Positions 9,911 to 20,958 are shown, counted from the stretch's first letter. The stretch is DNA of 64,000 bases from an uncultured delta proteobacterium (GCA_963740495.1 CAVUEK010000006.1:604474-668473), one strand, 5' to 3'. A program made the numbers and translations. The notes: a model not told the origin generated them from the sequence alone.

Positions 9911-11849
9911 CTAGCTCTCGGTCCCCGGCTTCGTCTGCCAGAAGAAGAAGCCGAGCATGGCGATCGACGCGAGCAGTGTCACGACCGCGGGCGTCGCGAG
10001 GGCCTCGCCGATGTCGAGGTTCTGCCAGACGAGGAACGCGATGAGCACGCCGACGAGCGACTCGCCCGCGATGATGCCGGAGGAGAAGAGCACGCCACGG
10101 TGCATCGCCTTGTCGAGCGCGCGGTCGTCGTCGATGCCGCGTCCGTGAAAGTGCGCCATCAAGCCGCCGGCGAGGATCGGCACGGCGAGACCGAACGGCA
10201 GGTACATGCCGACAGCGACGGGCATGAGGTGAGTGCGGAAGCGCGACTTTCGTTTCGCGAGGTACGCGTCGAGCCCTTCGATGACGAGACCGAGCACGGC
10301 GCCGATCATCACCATCCCCCACGGCAGGTGCCCGTCGCCGAAGAACGCGTTCGCGAGGCTCGCGAAGAGCTGGGCCTGCGGCGCGGCCAGCTCCTGTGAC
10401 CCGATGCCGTAGCCCTTGTGCAGGACCTCGAGCACCGGCGCCATCACGAGCGACGCCACGGCGACGCCCATGATCTGCATGATCTGCTGGCGCCGCGGGC
10501 TCGCGCCGACGAGGCTCCCGGTCTTGAGGTCGTTGCAGACGTCGCCCGATGTGCACGCGGCGCAGCACACGACCGCCGCGACGCCGAGCGTCGCGAGCAT
10601 GCCCTCCATGCCGGTGAAGCCGAAGAGAGCGAGCAGGCCCCCGGTGAACAGCACCGCCGTGATCGTCATCCCGGAGACGGGGCTATTGCTGTTCCCGACG
10701 AGGCCGACGATGTAGCTCGCGACCGCGACGAAGAAGAACGACATCACGATCATGATCAGCGTCGTCGGGATCGTGATCGCGAGATCGCCCGTGAACGCGT
10801 AATAGATCCCGCCGATCAGCAGGATCGACGCGATCGAGAGGCCGATGATGGCGTTCGCCGAGATGTCGCGGTCGCGCTCGTCGATCTCGGCGTCGCCGTC
10901 GCGGCGGCTGGCGCTCTTCTTGAGCTCGACCACGGCCTGCACGAGACCGTGGCGCACGCGGACGATGGAGAAGATCCCCCGACGACCATCGCTCCGACGC
11001 CGACGTACCGGATCTCTCGCTCCAGATCTCCCACGCCCTGTCCACCGGCACGTCGGGCAGCGCGATCTGCACGCCGAGCCCCTCGACGCCGAGCGAGTGA
11101 CCGACGCTCGCGAGCATCGCGTCGAGATCCGGAACGAGCGGGAGGAGCACGACCCAGCTCAGCACGCCGCCGATGAACACGAGCACGGCGACGTTGAGCC
11201 GCACGATGTACCCGACACCGACGAGCGCCGGCGAGATGTCGCCACCGAAGTAGAGGATGCGACCCGCACCCACGCCGGTCGCGGCCTCGAGTGTTCCGAC
11301 GAAGACGTGCAGATACCCGGTCGCCGCCTTGAAGAGCGCGCCGACCCCGGCGCCGACGACGACGCTCCACGCGTCGCGCTTCGCGCCCGGGTGATTCGCG
11401 TCTCCCGTCTCGAGCACGGCCGCGCACGCGACGCCCTCGGGATACGGAAGCTCGGTGTTGTTCGCGACGAACACCTTGCGCATCGGGATCATGAACAAGA
11501 TCCCGAGCAGCCCTCCTGCGAACGCGATCAGCGTCGTCGTCCAGAAGTCGAAGTCCTGCCACGCGCCGATGAGCACGATCGCGGGCATCGTGAAGATGAT
11601 CCCGGCCGCGAGCGACTCGCCCGCCGACGCCGCGGTCTGGACCTGGTTCGCCTCGAGGATCGTCCCGTTCCGGAAGAGCCCGCGGAGGATCAGCATCCCG
11701 ACCACTGCCGCCGGGATCGACGCCGACACGGTCATCCCTGCCTTGAGCCCGAGATACACGTTCGCGGCGGCCATCACCACCGAGAGCACGAGGCCGATGA
11801 CCACGGCGCGTACGCTCAGCTCGCGAACCTGGGCCACCGGCATCGCCAT
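9911..11849 (-). pseudogene. OPT-family oligopeptide transporter, two 1-nt deletions (about 10978 and about 11012) splitting it over three frames
   Basis: N-terminal half in ORF 10683..11921 (GLKAGMTVSASIPAAV..). Short middle segment REIRYVGVGAMVVGG in a second frame. C-terminal half in ORF 9911..10957 (GLVQAVVELKKSAS...). Paralogous to the intact OPT at 14626..16452. Confidence 0.7.
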
Positions 11850-11926
11850 GGCTCGGTCGCGTACCCCGCCGGAGACCGCGTGGCAAGCTGCTTGAGCCGA
11901 TCCGCGCGTCCGGCCCATCATGCGCC

Positions 11927-12181
11927 GTGCTCGTGCACGTCTACCTAGGCGCCCTCGTCCTCGGCACGGTCCTCCTCGCGATGGCGCTCCTGCTCGGCCG
12001 CGGGGCGCCGAGACGCGTCCGCTGGTTCCGCTTGGTCGGCCTCTTCAGCTCGTTCTTCGGGCTCACCGCGATCTCGGTGCGCAGCCTCGGCGTCGTCCCC
12101 TCGATCCCGGCGACGCTCGCGCTCGCCATCCTCGCGGGTCTCGCCATCGCGAGCGGAGCTCGCGCGCTCGACCGAGGGTGA
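11927..12181 (+). CDS. Small hypothetical membrane protein (3 predicted TM helices)
   Basis: 84-aa ORF with very high GC3 and hydrophobic helices. GTG start. No homology recognised. Confidence 0.35.
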   Translation: MLVHVYLGALVLGTVLLAMALLLGRGAPRRVRWFRLVGLFSSFFGLTAISVRSLGVVPSIPATLALAILAGLAIASGARALDRG

Positions 12182-12182
12182 G

Positions 12183-13163
12183 CTACCGCGCTCCCCAGAG
12201 CCCCGCAGCTGCCGGCTCGACGAAGCCGCCGTCGTAGCGCACTCCGCCGTCGCGGTCGCGCTCGAGGAGCCACGCGCCGTCGAGATCGACGATGTCCGCG
12301 AACGAGGCGAGCAGTAGCGCGGGCGCCATCGACAACGACGTCGCCACCATGCAGCCGAGCTCGACGCCGACGCCGAGCCGCTTCGCTTCGAGCACGACGG
12401 CGAGCGCCTCGGTGAGCCCGCCGGCCTTGTCGAGCTTCACGTTGACGACGTCGTAGAGCTCGGCAGCGCGCGCGAGCGTGGCACGGTCGTGCACCGATTC
12501 GTCCGCGGCGATCGGCACGAGGTGCTCGATGTCGCGAAGCGACTCGTCGTCACCCGCGGGGAGCGGCTGCTCGAGGAGCGCGACCCGGAGCACGGCGAGC
12601 TCGGCGAGATCGCGCTCTAGCCGCGACGGCGTCCACGACTCGTTCGCGTCCGCGACGATGCGCGCCGACGGAGCCGCATCGCGAACGGCGCGGAGCCGCG
12701 CGAGGTCGAGAGCGTCCCCGGCGAGCTTCACCTTCAGCAGCGGCGCGCGCTCGTGCGCGAGAGCCCAGGCATGCGCGGCCTCCGGCGCCGCCACCGAGAG
12801 GGTCACGCACGTCGGCGTTCTCACGGGCCAGGGCACACCGAGGATCGCGTGCACGGTCGTCCCCGAACGGCGGGCCTCGAGGTCGAGCAACGCGCAGTCG
12901 AGCGCGTTTCTCGCCGCGCCGCGGGGGAGCTGCTCACCGAGCGAGCCCCTCTCGAGCGCCCTGCCGTCCACCGCCTCGATCGAGCGGACGACCGACTCCA
13001 CGCTCTCGCCGTAGCGCGCGTACGGCACGCACTCTCCGCGGCCGATCCAGGCTCCCTCCGAGAGCTCAGCCACGACGACGACCGCCTCGCGCTTCTCGCC
13101 CCGCGCGATCCGGAACGCGCCGCGGATCGGCCAACGCTCGACCCGCGCGGTCACGTTGGGCAC
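12183..13163 (-). CDS. Enolase-superfamily (mandelate racemase/muconate lactonizing enzyme) protein, dipeptide epimerase-like
   Basis: KVKLAGD...ADANESW...DESV...VNVKLDKAGG motif pattern typical of L-Ala-D/L-Glu epimerase/OSBS family. 326 aa. Confidence 0.75.
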   Translation of the reverse strand: MPNVTARVERWPIRGAFRIARGEKREAVVVVAELSEGAWIGRGECVPYARYGESVESVVRSIEAVDGRALERGSLGEQLPRGAARNALDCALLDLEARRSGTTVHAILGVPWPVRTPTCVTLSVAAPEAAHAWALAHERAPLLKVKLAGDALDLARLRAVRDAAPSARIVADANESWTPSRLERDLAELAVLRVALLEQPLPAGDDESLRDIEHLVPIAADESVHDRATLARAAELYDVVNVKLDKAGGLTEALAVVLEAKRLGVGVELGCMVATSLSMAPALLLASFADIVDLDGAWLLERDRDGGVRYDGGFVEPAAAGLWGAR

Positions 13164-13219
13164 GCTTCGATCATAGATCGGGTCCGGTTACCATGGGCGC
13201 CCATGAAGGGTCGGGGAGG

Positions 13220-14629
13220 ATGAGCACGACGATCGCCGTCACGGGCGCGATCGAGATCGGCGACGCGCCGCCCGGCATCGCGATCATGCGCGTCGAGCCC
13301 GCCGCGCTCGCAGAGAGCGGTGCGGCCGCCGCCCTGTTCGACGTGCGCGCGTTCGAGTCGAGCGACGCGATGGCGAAGGCGCGCAGCGCGTTCTTCGGCC
13401 GAGCGCTCGCGGTCGTCCGCGCCGACGGCGTCGAAGAGATCCTCCGCTGGCTCCGGCCGGAAGACGACGTCTGCACAACCGACGAGCCGGCGATCCTGGT
13501 CGCCCACCGACTCTTTCGGCTCGCCACCGTTCGCGACCCGCTCACGGGCCTCGGCTCGAGAGCCGCGCTCGAGGCCGTCCTCGCGCGGCGCCTCGCGCTC
13601 GCGAGCCGCGCCGAGCCGATCTCGCTCGCGGTGCTCGACATCGACCGTTTCAAGGCCGTCAACGACGAGCACGGCCACGCGAAGGGCGACGCGGTGCTCG
13701 CCGAGCTCGGGCGCCGCTTCCGACAACATGCCGCGGGCGCACCTGCGATCGGCCGGATCGGCGGCGAGGTCTTCGCCGTCGTCCTCGAAGCGGGTGAGCG
13801 CGACGCGTTGGAGCGCACCGAGGCGCTCCGGACCGCGCTCGTGGCGGAGCCGATCGCGGGTATCGCGCTCACGATGAGCGCCGGCGTCGCGACCGCGGAC
13901 CGCCCGTCCACGGCGAGCGCGCTCTCGCGGCGCGCCGAAGAGGCGCGCTACCACGCGAAGTCGCGAGGGCGCGACCGCACGATCCACGCCGACGCGCTCG
14001 AGCGCACGAACGAGCTCGGCGGTCTCGACCCACGCGTCGCGGGCTTCGAGGACTTCACGCGCGTGATCGCCGACCGCGTCGCGAACGCGATCGCCGGCCG
14101 CGGCCGCCGTCTCTTCGACGAGCTCCGCGAGCAAGCCGATGTCGACGTCCTCACCGAGCTCTTCTCGCGTCGTTACTTCGAGCGCCGCCTCCCGTTCGAG
14201 CTCGAGCACGCGACCGAGACCGGCGCGTCGCTCGTCCTCGCGCTGCTCGACATCGACCACTTCGGGCGCGTCAACAAGGAGCACGGCTGGCCGACGGGCG
14301 ATCGCGTGCTCGCCGAGGTCGCGCACGTCGTGCGTTCCACGATCCGGGCGACCGACTGGGTCGCGCGGTACGGGGGCGAGGAGCTGACCATCGTGCTCGC
14401 GGGCGCGACGTTGGATGACGCGAGCGGCGTGCTCGAGCGCGTCCGCGCGGCATTCGAGGCGCACTCCCTCCGCTCGATCGACGGCGCGCCCGTCTCGGTC
14501 ACCGTGAGCATCGGCGCCGCGCGCGCCGAGCCCGGCGACGAGCCGCTCGACCTCGTCGAGCGTGCGAGCAATCAGCTCCTCGTCGCGAAGCGAGAGGGAC
14601 GCAATCAGCTCCGCGCGGCCGCTCCATGA
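13220..14629 (+). CDS. Tandem GGDEF-domain protein (first domain degenerate GGEVF, second GGEEL), diguanylate cyclase
   Basis: Two RxxLTGLxxR...DxDxFKxxND...GGE(V/E)(F/L) modules. GGAGG Shine-Dalgarno 5 nt upstream of ATG 13220. Confidence 0.75.
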   Translation: MSTTIAVTGAIEIGDAPPGIAIMRVEPAALAESGAAAALFDVRAFESSDAMAKARSAFFGRALAVVRADGVEEILRWLRPEDDVCTTDEPAILVAHRLFRLATVRDPLTGLGSRAALEAVLARRLALASRAEPISLAVLDIDRFKAVNDEHGHAKGDAVLAELGRRFRQHAAGAPAIGRIGGEVFAVVLEAGERDALERTEALRTALVAEPIAGIALTMSAGVATADRPSTASALSRRAEEARYHAKSRGRDRTIHADALERTNELGGLDPRVAGFEDFTRVIADRVANAIAGRGRRLFDELREQADVDVLTELFSRRYFERRLPFELEHATETGASLVLALLDIDHFGRVNKEHGWPTGDRVLAEVAHVVRSTIRATDWVARYGGEELTIVLAGATLDDASGVLERVRAAFEAHSLRSIDGAPVSVTVSIGAARAEPGDEPLDLVERASNQLLVAKREGRNQLRAAAP

Positions 14630-16452
14630 GCGCGCCCGACGACGGACGCGCTCCTCCGGTCTACCCGCCCCTCGATCGCTCCTCGCCTCAGCTCACCGTC
14701 CGCGCCGTCCTCACGGGCATGGTGCTCGGCGGCGTGCTCTCGCTCTGCAACGTGTACGCGGGCCTCAAGGTCGGCTGGGGCTTCAACATGTCGATCACCG
14801 CCGCGCTCCTCGCGTTCGGCCTCTGGTCGGCGGCTCGCGCCGCTCGCGCGCCCGCGTTCGGCCTGCTCGAGAACAACATCAACCAGACCGCCGCGTCGTC
14901 CGCCGCGTCGATCAGCTCCGCCGGCCTGGTCGCGCCCATCCCGGCGCTCACGATCCTGACCGGCTATCAGTTCACGTGGACGACGCTCGTCATCTGGACG
15001 TTCTTCGTGTGCGTCTGTGGCATCGTCGTCGCCGTCGGCCTCCGCCGCCAGATGCTGATCACCGACGCGCTCCCGTTCCCGAGCGGCGTCGCCGCCGCCG
15101 AGACCCTCGAGCGCATGTACGCGCGCGGCAGTCAGGCGATGAGACAGGTCTGGACGCTGATGGGCGCCGGCCTCTTCTCGGCGGCGCTCAAGCTCGCGCT
15201 CGACCTCCTCGAGATCCCGAAGGCGGCCGTCCCGGGGAGCTTCGCCGCCGCGGGCGCGACACGCGTCGCCGGGCTCTCGAAGATCACGCTGAACAACCTC
15301 ACGTTCGCGTTCGATCCGTCGGTGCTGCTGTTCGCGGTCGGCGCGATTGTCGGGGTCCGCGCGGGAGCGTCGATGCTCCTCGGCGCCGTCGTGGCGTACG
15401 GATGGCTCGGCCCGCACGCGCTCGCGATGGGCTGGGCCGAAGCGGGCGCTCCCGACGTGGCGTGGTTCGGTTCGCTCAACAAGTGGCTGCTCTGGCCGGG
15501 CGTAGCGATGATGGTCACGGCCTCTCTCACCTCGTTCGCGTTCTCGTGGCGGTCGGTCGTCGCCGCCATTCGCGGCGTGCGGCACAGCGTCGCGACGGAC
15601 GAGCCGTCGACGGGCGAAGACGTCCCCCGTCGCGTGTTCGTCGGCGCGCTCGCGGTCGCGCTCGTCGCGACATCGATCGCGCAGGTCGTCCTCTTCGGCA
15701 TCGGGCTCGGGACCGCGGTTCTCGGCGTGCTCCTCACGTTCCTGCTCGCGATCGTCGCAGGCCGCGTCGCGGGCGAGACCGGCATCACGCCGGTCGGCGC
15801 GATGGGGAAGGTCTCGCAGCTCGCGTTCGGCGTGCTGTCGCCCGGCGACGCGACGTCGAACCTCATGACGGCGAACGTGACCGGCGGCGCGGCGAGCCAG
15901 TGCGCCGACCTCCTGCACGATCTGAAGACGGGCCTCATGGTTGGCGCGTCGCCGCGAAAGCAGTTCGTCGCGCAGCTCTTCGGCGCGCTCGCGGGCGCGC
16001 TCGCGGGGAGCGCTGGCTACCTCGCGATGATCCCCGACCCCGCGCACCAGCTCTTCGGTGACGAGTGGCCCGCGCCCGCGGTCGCTACCTGGAGGGCCGT
16101 CGCCGAGCTCTTCATGCGCGGCTTCGAGGCGATGCCCGCCGGCGCGCCCGAGGCGATCGTCGTCGCCGGCTCGCTCGGCATCCTCCTCGCGGTGCTCGAA
16201 AAGACGCTTCCGAATCGGGTGGCCGCGTGGCTGCCGAGCCCCTCCGCGGCGGGCCTCGCGTTCGTCATCCCCGCCTACAATTCGATGAGCATGTTCGCCG
16301 GCGGCCTGACGGCGTTCCTGCTCTTGCGCCACGTGCGCTCGTGGGCCGCGCGCTACGTCATCGTCATCGCCGCGGGCCTCATCGCCGGCGAGAGCCTCGC
16401 CGGCGTCGGTCTCGCGATCCAGAAAGTGCTCACCGACGTCGCCGGGGGCTGA
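14626..16452 (+). CDS. OPT-family oligopeptide transporter (intact, 608 aa)
   Basis: Polytopic membrane protein. Motifs NVYAGLKVGWGFNMSITAALL, DLKTGLMVGASPRKQF and IAGESLAGV shared with the disrupted paralog. Confidence 0.8.
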   Translation: MSAPDDGRAPPVYPPLDRSSPQLTVRAVLTGMVLGGVLSLCNVYAGLKVGWGFNMSITAALLAFGLWSAARAARAPAFGLLENNINQTAASSAASISSAGLVAPIPALTILTGYQFTWTTLVIWTFFVCVCGIVVAVGLRRQMLITDALPFPSGVAAAETLERMYARGSQAMRQVWTLMGAGLFSAALKLALDLLEIPKAAVPGSFAAAGATRVAGLSKITLNNLTFAFDPSVLLFAVGAIVGVRAGASMLLGAVVAYGWLGPHALAMGWAEAGAPDVAWFGSLNKWLLWPGVAMMVTASLTSFAFSWRSVVAAIRGVRHSVATDEPSTGEDVPRRVFVGALAVALVATSIAQVVLFGIGLGTAVLGVLLTFLLAIVAGRVAGETGITPVGAMGKVSQLAFGVLSPGDATSNLMTANVTGGAASQCADLLHDLKTGLMVGASPRKQFVAQLFGALAGALAGSAGYLAMIPDPAHQLFGDEWPAPAVATWRAVAELFMRGFEAMPAGAPEAIVVAGSLGILLAVLEKTLPNRVAAWLPSPSAAGLAFVIPAYNSMSMFAGGLTAFLLLRHVRSWAARYVIVIAAGLIAGESLAGVGLAIQKVLTDVAGG

Positions 16453-16539
16453 CGGAGTCCGATAGAGTACGCGAATGCGTCGTCGGATCCTCGCCTGGAC
16501 GCCGCTCGCATCGGACCGCGGGATGGTCGACCACACACC

Positions 16540-18384
16540 ATGAGCGTGTCGATGCCAGAGCTCTCCGGGCGGCTGATCGGGAGCCGCTACCGGCTCGACA
16601 AGAAGCTCGGCCAGGGCGGCATGGGCGTCGTGTACACGGCGACGCAGGAGAGCCTCGGCCGCGGCGTCGCGGTGAAGGTGCTCCTGCCGTTTCTCGCGGC
16701 CGATGCGGGCCTCGTCGCGCGCTTCAAGGCCGAGGCGGAGCGCGCCGGACGTCTTTCGCATCCGCACATCGTCCAGATCTTCGACTTCGGCGCGGATCCG
16801 GATGGCGTCGCGTGGATCGCGATGGAGCTGCTCGACGGTGAGCCGCTCGGCGACCGCATCGACCGGGGCGCGCTCTCCGAAGAGGACGTCGTGCGCATCG
16901 GGCGCGAGACGCTGTCCGCGCTCGAGGCCGCGCACGCGTCGCGGCTCGTCCACCGCGATCTCAAGCCCGACAACGTCTTTCTCGCGCGGGTTCCCGGCGT
17001 CGGCGAGTCGGTGAAGGTCCTCGACTTCGGCATCGCGAAGGCGCTCGACTCGGAAGGCGCGCAGAAGCTCACCGCGACCGGCATGCTGATCGGGACGCCG
17101 CTCTACATGGCGCCCGAGCAGGCCGCGGGCCGCGACGTGGACCCGCGTAGCGATCTCTACTCGCTCGGCGTCGTTCTATACGAGGCGCTGACGGGACGCG
17201 TCCCGTTCGAAGCGAACAACTACAGCGGCCTCGTCTACGCGGTGATCAGCGTGGAGCCTCAGCGCATCGAGGTCCTGCGGCCCGGCGTCACCCCGGAGCT
17301 CGCGCAGATCATCCACCGCGCGATGTCGAAGGATCCGGCGCAGCGATTTCAGAACGCGCGCGAGATGGCCGACGCGCTGGCGCGGATCACGCTCGTCGGA
17401 TCGGCGACTCCGGCGCGTTCGAGCGAGGACGCCTCCATCGGTGTCGCGCCCACGATGGCGACGCCGGTCGGGCCGGCGACGACGGGGCCCGCCGCCGTGG
17501 CGGCCGCCGCCGCGTACGCACCTTCGCCGGCCGCTGCGCGCGCTTCGCCTCCCGCGGTCGCTCCTGCCGGCTCACCCACGCCTGCGCCGAGCGGGCGACG
17601 CGGCATGGGTGTGTGGATCGGTCTCGCCGTCGTGTTGGCGCTCGGAGCGTTTGCCGGCGCGTACGCGCTCGGACGCGTGGGCTCGGACGCGACGCCCGCG
17701 CCACCGGTCGCGCCGGTCGCGACAATCGCTCCCATCGCGGTCGCGGTGGACCCGGCCGAGGTCGGCGCGGGACCCATGGTGCCGAGCGACACGGGCACGG
17801 GCACGGGCACGGATACGGGCACGGCGGCGGACACGGGCACGGATACGGACACGGCGGACACGGACCCGGGCACGGACACCGGGATGGGGTCGGCTAGCCG
17901 TGGAGGCTCCGAGGGCGCCGACCGCGGACCGAGGCGGCGCGGCGGATTGACGATGGCCGCGGTCGACGTGCCGGCGGCGCCCTTGCCGATCCCCGACGAG
18001 GGGCCGCCGCCCGCGATGCCGCCATTCCCGAATCGCGCACCGGGCGCGCGCGTGAGCTGCAGCTTCGTCTCGGCACCCGGGATGCCGTTTCGAGACATCC
18101 GGCCGGCGGTGAACTCGGCCGGCCCATGGGGGCGATGCTGGCCGCCGACGGTGCCGGTCCCCGACGTCAACCGAGGCCGCTGTTTCAACATCACCGTCTC
18201 GGGTGGCGGCCGTGTGCAGAACGTCGCGGAGAGCGGCACGGACAACGAGCCCGCCGCCTTTCAGGAGTGCGCGGTGCAGCACCTTCGCGCCGTCGTCTTC
18301 CCCGCGCCCGACGACCGCACGCCGCACACGTTCCAGATCTGCTTCGGGCTCGACGAGCTCCCCGCCGGCGGCGCGGGCGAGTAG
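16540..18384 (+). CDS. Ser/Thr protein kinase with TM segment, (TGTD)n repeat linker and C-terminal Cys-containing domain
   Basis: Kinase subdomains [32 protein letters not shown] and APE. Confidence 0.85.
   Translation: MSVSMPELSGRLIGSRYRLDKKLGQGGMGVVYTATQESLGRGVAVKVLLPFLAADAGLVARFKAEAERAGRLSHPHIVQIFDFGADPDGVAWIAMELLDGEPLGDRIDRGALSEEDVVRIGRETLSALEAAHASRLVHRDLKPDNVFLARVPGVGESVKVLDFGIAKALDSEGAQKLTATGMLIGTPLYMAPEQAAGRDVDPRSDLYSLGVVLYEALTGRVPFEANNYSGLVYAVISVEPQRIEVLRPGVTPELAQIIHRAMSKDPAQRFQNAREMADALARITLVGSATPARSSEDASIGVAPTMATPVGPATTGPAAVAAAAAYAPSPAAARASPPAVAPAGSPTPAPSGRRGMGVWIGLAVVLALGAFAGAYALGRVGSDATPAPPVAPVATIAPIAVAVDPAEVGAGPMVPSDTGTGTGTDTGTAADTGTDTDTADTDPGTDTGMGSASRGGSEGADRGPRRRGGLTMAAVDVPAAPLPIPDEGPPPAMPPFPNRAPGARVSCSFVSAPGMPFRDIRPAVNSAGPWGRCWPPTVPVPDVNRGRCFNITVSGGGRVQNVAESGTDNEPAAFQECAVQHLRAVVFPAPDDRTPHTFQICFGLDELPAGGAGE
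17791..17880 (+). repeat. Tandem ACGGGC/ACGGAC hexanucleotide repeats encoding a (TG/TD)n linker inside the Ser/Thr kinase gene
   Basis: acgggcacgggcacgggcacggatacgggcacggcg... is visible directly in the sequence. Confidence 0.7.
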
Positions 18385-18391
18385 GGCGGCT

Positions 18392-19210
18392 CTACTTCGA
18401 CCGCATCCGATTCACGCGCGTGACGAGCGCCGTGAACGCAGACGGCGCGGTGCGCTTCACGCGCCACATCACCTGTCCGTCCATCATGGGCACCGCGTAG
18501 AGGCGATTCTTCGCGACCGCGGCGAGCGCCGCGCGAGCGACGTCGGGCGCCTGCACGCGGCTTCGGTCCATCATCTTGTGGACGAGGTCCTTCACCTTCG
18601 GGTCGTCGGTGCCACGCCCGCTCTCCGCGATGTTCGTCCGGAAGAACGTCGGGCAGAGCACCGTCGTGTGCACTCCGGTCCCGTCGAGCTCGGCGTGGAT
18701 CGTCTCGGTGAGCGCGACGACGCCCGCCTTCGTCACGTTGTACGGCGACATCTCGGGAAACGACATGAGGCCCGCGGCCGACGCCACGTTGATCACGTAG
18801 CCGCGGCCTCTCTCGATCATCTTCGGCACGACCACGTGGCACCCGTAGATCACGCCCCAGAGGTTGATGTCGACGATCCAGCGCCAGTCCTCGATCGAGA
18901 TGGCCTCGAACTTGCCGCCGACCGCGACGCCCGCGTTGTTGATCATCAGGTCCACGTCGCCGAACCAGCGCTCGGCCTCGCGGACGATCTCCTCGATGCG
19001 CCCGAGCGACGCGACGTCGCCGTGAAGCACGAGCGCCTCACCACCCCGGTCCCGGATGAGCGATGCCGTCTCTTCCGCGCCCTCGAGGCTCACGTCGACG
19101 ACCACTATCTTCGCGCCGAGCGCGCCGAGCTCGTTACAGAACGCTCGCCCGAGGCCGCTCCCTCCGCCCGTCACGATCGCGCGGGCGCCTCCGAATGCAT
19201 CGAGCTTCAT
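18392..19210 (-). CDS. Short-chain dehydrogenase/reductase (SDR) family oxidoreductase
   Basis: TGGGSGLGRA Rossmann motif, NNAG and YxxxK (YNVTK). Confidence 0.85.
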   Translation of the reverse strand: MKLDAFGGARAIVTGGGSGLGRAFCNELGALGAKIVVVDVSLEGAEETASLIRDRGGEALVLHGDVASLGRIEEIVREAERWFGDVDLMINNAGVAVGGKFEAISIEDWRWIVDINLWGVIYGCHVVVPKMIERGRGYVINVASAAGLMSFPEMSPYNVTKAGVVALTETIHAELDGTGVHTTVLCPTFFRTNIAESGRGTDDPKVKDLVHKMMDRSRVQAPDVARAALAAVAKNRLYAVPMMDGQVMWRVKRTAPSAFTALVTRVNRMRSK

Positions 19211-19229
19211 GCGTTCCCCTCTCGTTTGG

Positions 19230-20252
19230 TCAGTCGTCGAGCGCGCCCGCGCAGATCCACGTCTCGATCGCTCTCATCTGCGTCGGCGACAACGGGTCGA
19301 GCCCATACGGCATGCGGACGCCGTCGCAGATCCCGACGCCGCGAAGCTTGTTCACGAGGTAGCTCGCATCGGGATTGCCCGGCGTGATGTACACGGACCC
19401 GTCCTCGCAGAGCGTCTCGACGCCGATGAGCGACGTGCGGATCATGCCCGGCGACAGGTCGATCCCGGCCTCCGGCCGAAGCCCCGAGTCTTCGACGTGG
19501 CACCCGGAGACCGCGCATGCGCCCATCGTGGTCCCGAAGATCGGCTGAACGTCCTCCGCGAAGCCCACGCGCCCCGCGCACGGGACGCACGCGCCCGCGT
19601 CGCAGACCTGTCCCATCGGGCAGGCGGTGTCGCAATCACCGCAGTGCCGACGGTCGACCTGGGGGTCGACGCACTCGGTGCCGCAGAGCGTCAGCTGACA
19701 GCGCGGGGCCATGTAGTCGCCGATCGTGAGATCCGCGGTGGGGTCGATCGTCTCGACGACGGGCGCGCCGCACGCGAGCCAGTTGCGGAGGATCTCCTGG
19801 CCTGCGGGCGTGTCGATCTCCGGCAGCGCGGCGTCGGTGTCGTCGACGTAGCCCTGCCCGCGCGCGTTCTCGCCGGCCTCGCCGGGCGGCATCTTGCGCG
19901 AACGGACGTCGTCGAACATCGTGCCGGCGTTGTCGAGGACGTGGTCGTGGGCCCGCGCGAGGCGCACGGTATCGAACGCATCCCCGACGAGACCGACGCC
20001 GAAGTCGAGACCGAAGGGCGCCCCATGGCGGGAGATCGGCGCGATCCCCTCGGCATGACAACCGCTGCAGTGGCGGATGACGAGCGCCTGGCCCTCGTAG
20101 GCGGGAAGCCCATCGGAGTCGTCGGTGTAGACGACCCGCTTCGCGGCGTCGGTGTCGCACTCGCCGAGATCCGTCGAGCAGCCACCGAACAGGAGAGCGA
20201 CGGCGCACGCGCCCGCCCAAGACAAGAAAGAACCTCGCATCTCGCTCCCCAT
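19230..20252 (-). CDS. Lipoprotein with two CXXCH haem-binding-like motifs (putative secreted c-type cytochrome-like protein)
   Basis: Signal/lipobox LLFGGCS. CSGCHAEG and CAVSGCHVED motifs. Many additional Cys. Confidence 0.55.
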   Translation of the reverse strand: MGSEMRGSFLSWAGACAVALLFGGCSTDLGECDTDAAKRVVYTDDSDGLPAYEGQALVIRHCSGCHAEGIAPISRHGAPFGLDFGVGLVGDAFDTVRLARAHDHVLDNAGTMFDDVRSRKMPPGEAGENARGQGYVDDTDAALPEIDTPAGQEILRNWLACGAPVVETIDPTADLTIGDYMAPRCQLTLCGTECVDPQVDRRHCGDCDTACPMGQVCDAGACVPCAGRVGFAEDVQPIFGTTMGACAVSGCHVEDSGLRPEAGIDLSPGMIRTSLIGVETLCEDGSVYITPGNPDASYLVNKLRGVGICDGVRMPYGLDPLSPTQMRAIETWICAGALDD

Positions 20253-20330
20253 TTCGTCCGACGAAACCGCTCACGTCAATCCGATTGGCGAATTCCGAGC
20301 GCGATGGCCCGGTGATACTCTGTAGGGTCG

Positions 20331-20912
20331 ATGGGCGCCGCGCGTTACTCGGTCCGGGTCGACGAGGCGCTGGCCTTCGTCGCGGACGAGTTCCGGCAGA
20401 AGACCCGTAAGGGGACGGATGTGCCGTACCTCGCGCACCTCCTGCAGGTGATGGTGACCGTGGCCGAGCACGGAGGGGACGAGGAGCAGCTGCTCGCGGC
20501 GTTGCTCCACGACTATCTCGAGGACATCACCGACGCCTCCGCCGAGGTGCTCGAGCGGCGGTTCGGTGCCCGCGTGCGGCGGCTCGTCGAGGCGCTCAGC
20601 GACTCGACGAGCCAGCCCAAGCCCCCCTGGGAGGAGCGCAAGCAGGCCTACCTCGCGAGGCTCCGCACCGAGTCGCCGGACGTGAAGCTCGTCAGCGCCG
20701 CCGACAAGCTCCACAACGCGACGAGCGTGCGGCGCGACTACATCGCGGTGGGCGAAGCCGTGTTCGACCGGTTCACCGCCACGCGCGAACAGACCCTCTG
20801 GTACTACCGCGAGGTCGTGGACGCTCTCGGCGTGGGCTGGTCGCACCCGCTGCTCGACGAGCTCAGGATCGAGGTCGAGACGCTGCTCCGGGCGGTCGGC
20901 GAATCGCGCTGA
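20331..20912 (+). CDS. HD-domain protein (metal-dependent phosphohydrolase, RelA/SpoT-HD-like)
   Basis: HLLQV...LLHDYLED HD motif. 193 aa. Divergent from the preceding lipoprotein gene. Confidence 0.7.
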   Translation: MGAARYSVRVDEALAFVADEFRQKTRKGTDVPYLAHLLQVMVTVAEHGGDEEQLLAALLHDYLEDITDASAEVLERRFGARVRRLVEALSDSTSQPKPPWEERKQAYLARLRTESPDVKLVSAADKLHNATSVRRDYIAVGEAVFDRFTATREQTLWYYREVVDALGVGWSHPLLDELRIEVETLLRAVGESR

Positions 20913-20958
20913 TCCCGGCGGGGCGACCGGGGAGACCGCGAGCGCCCGACCAAGTATC

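Noticed and set aside
14605-16953. 782-aa minus-strand ORF
   Set aside because: Antisense to the intact OPT transporter and the kinase start. Composition is Arg/Glu/Asp/Gly-rich without motifs. GC-driven shadow ORF.
18203-20315. ORFs 18203..19387 (+) and 19056..20315 (+), 394 and 419 aa
   Set aside because: Antisense to the SDR and the CXXCH lipoprotein genes, which have clear motifs. Shadow ORFs.
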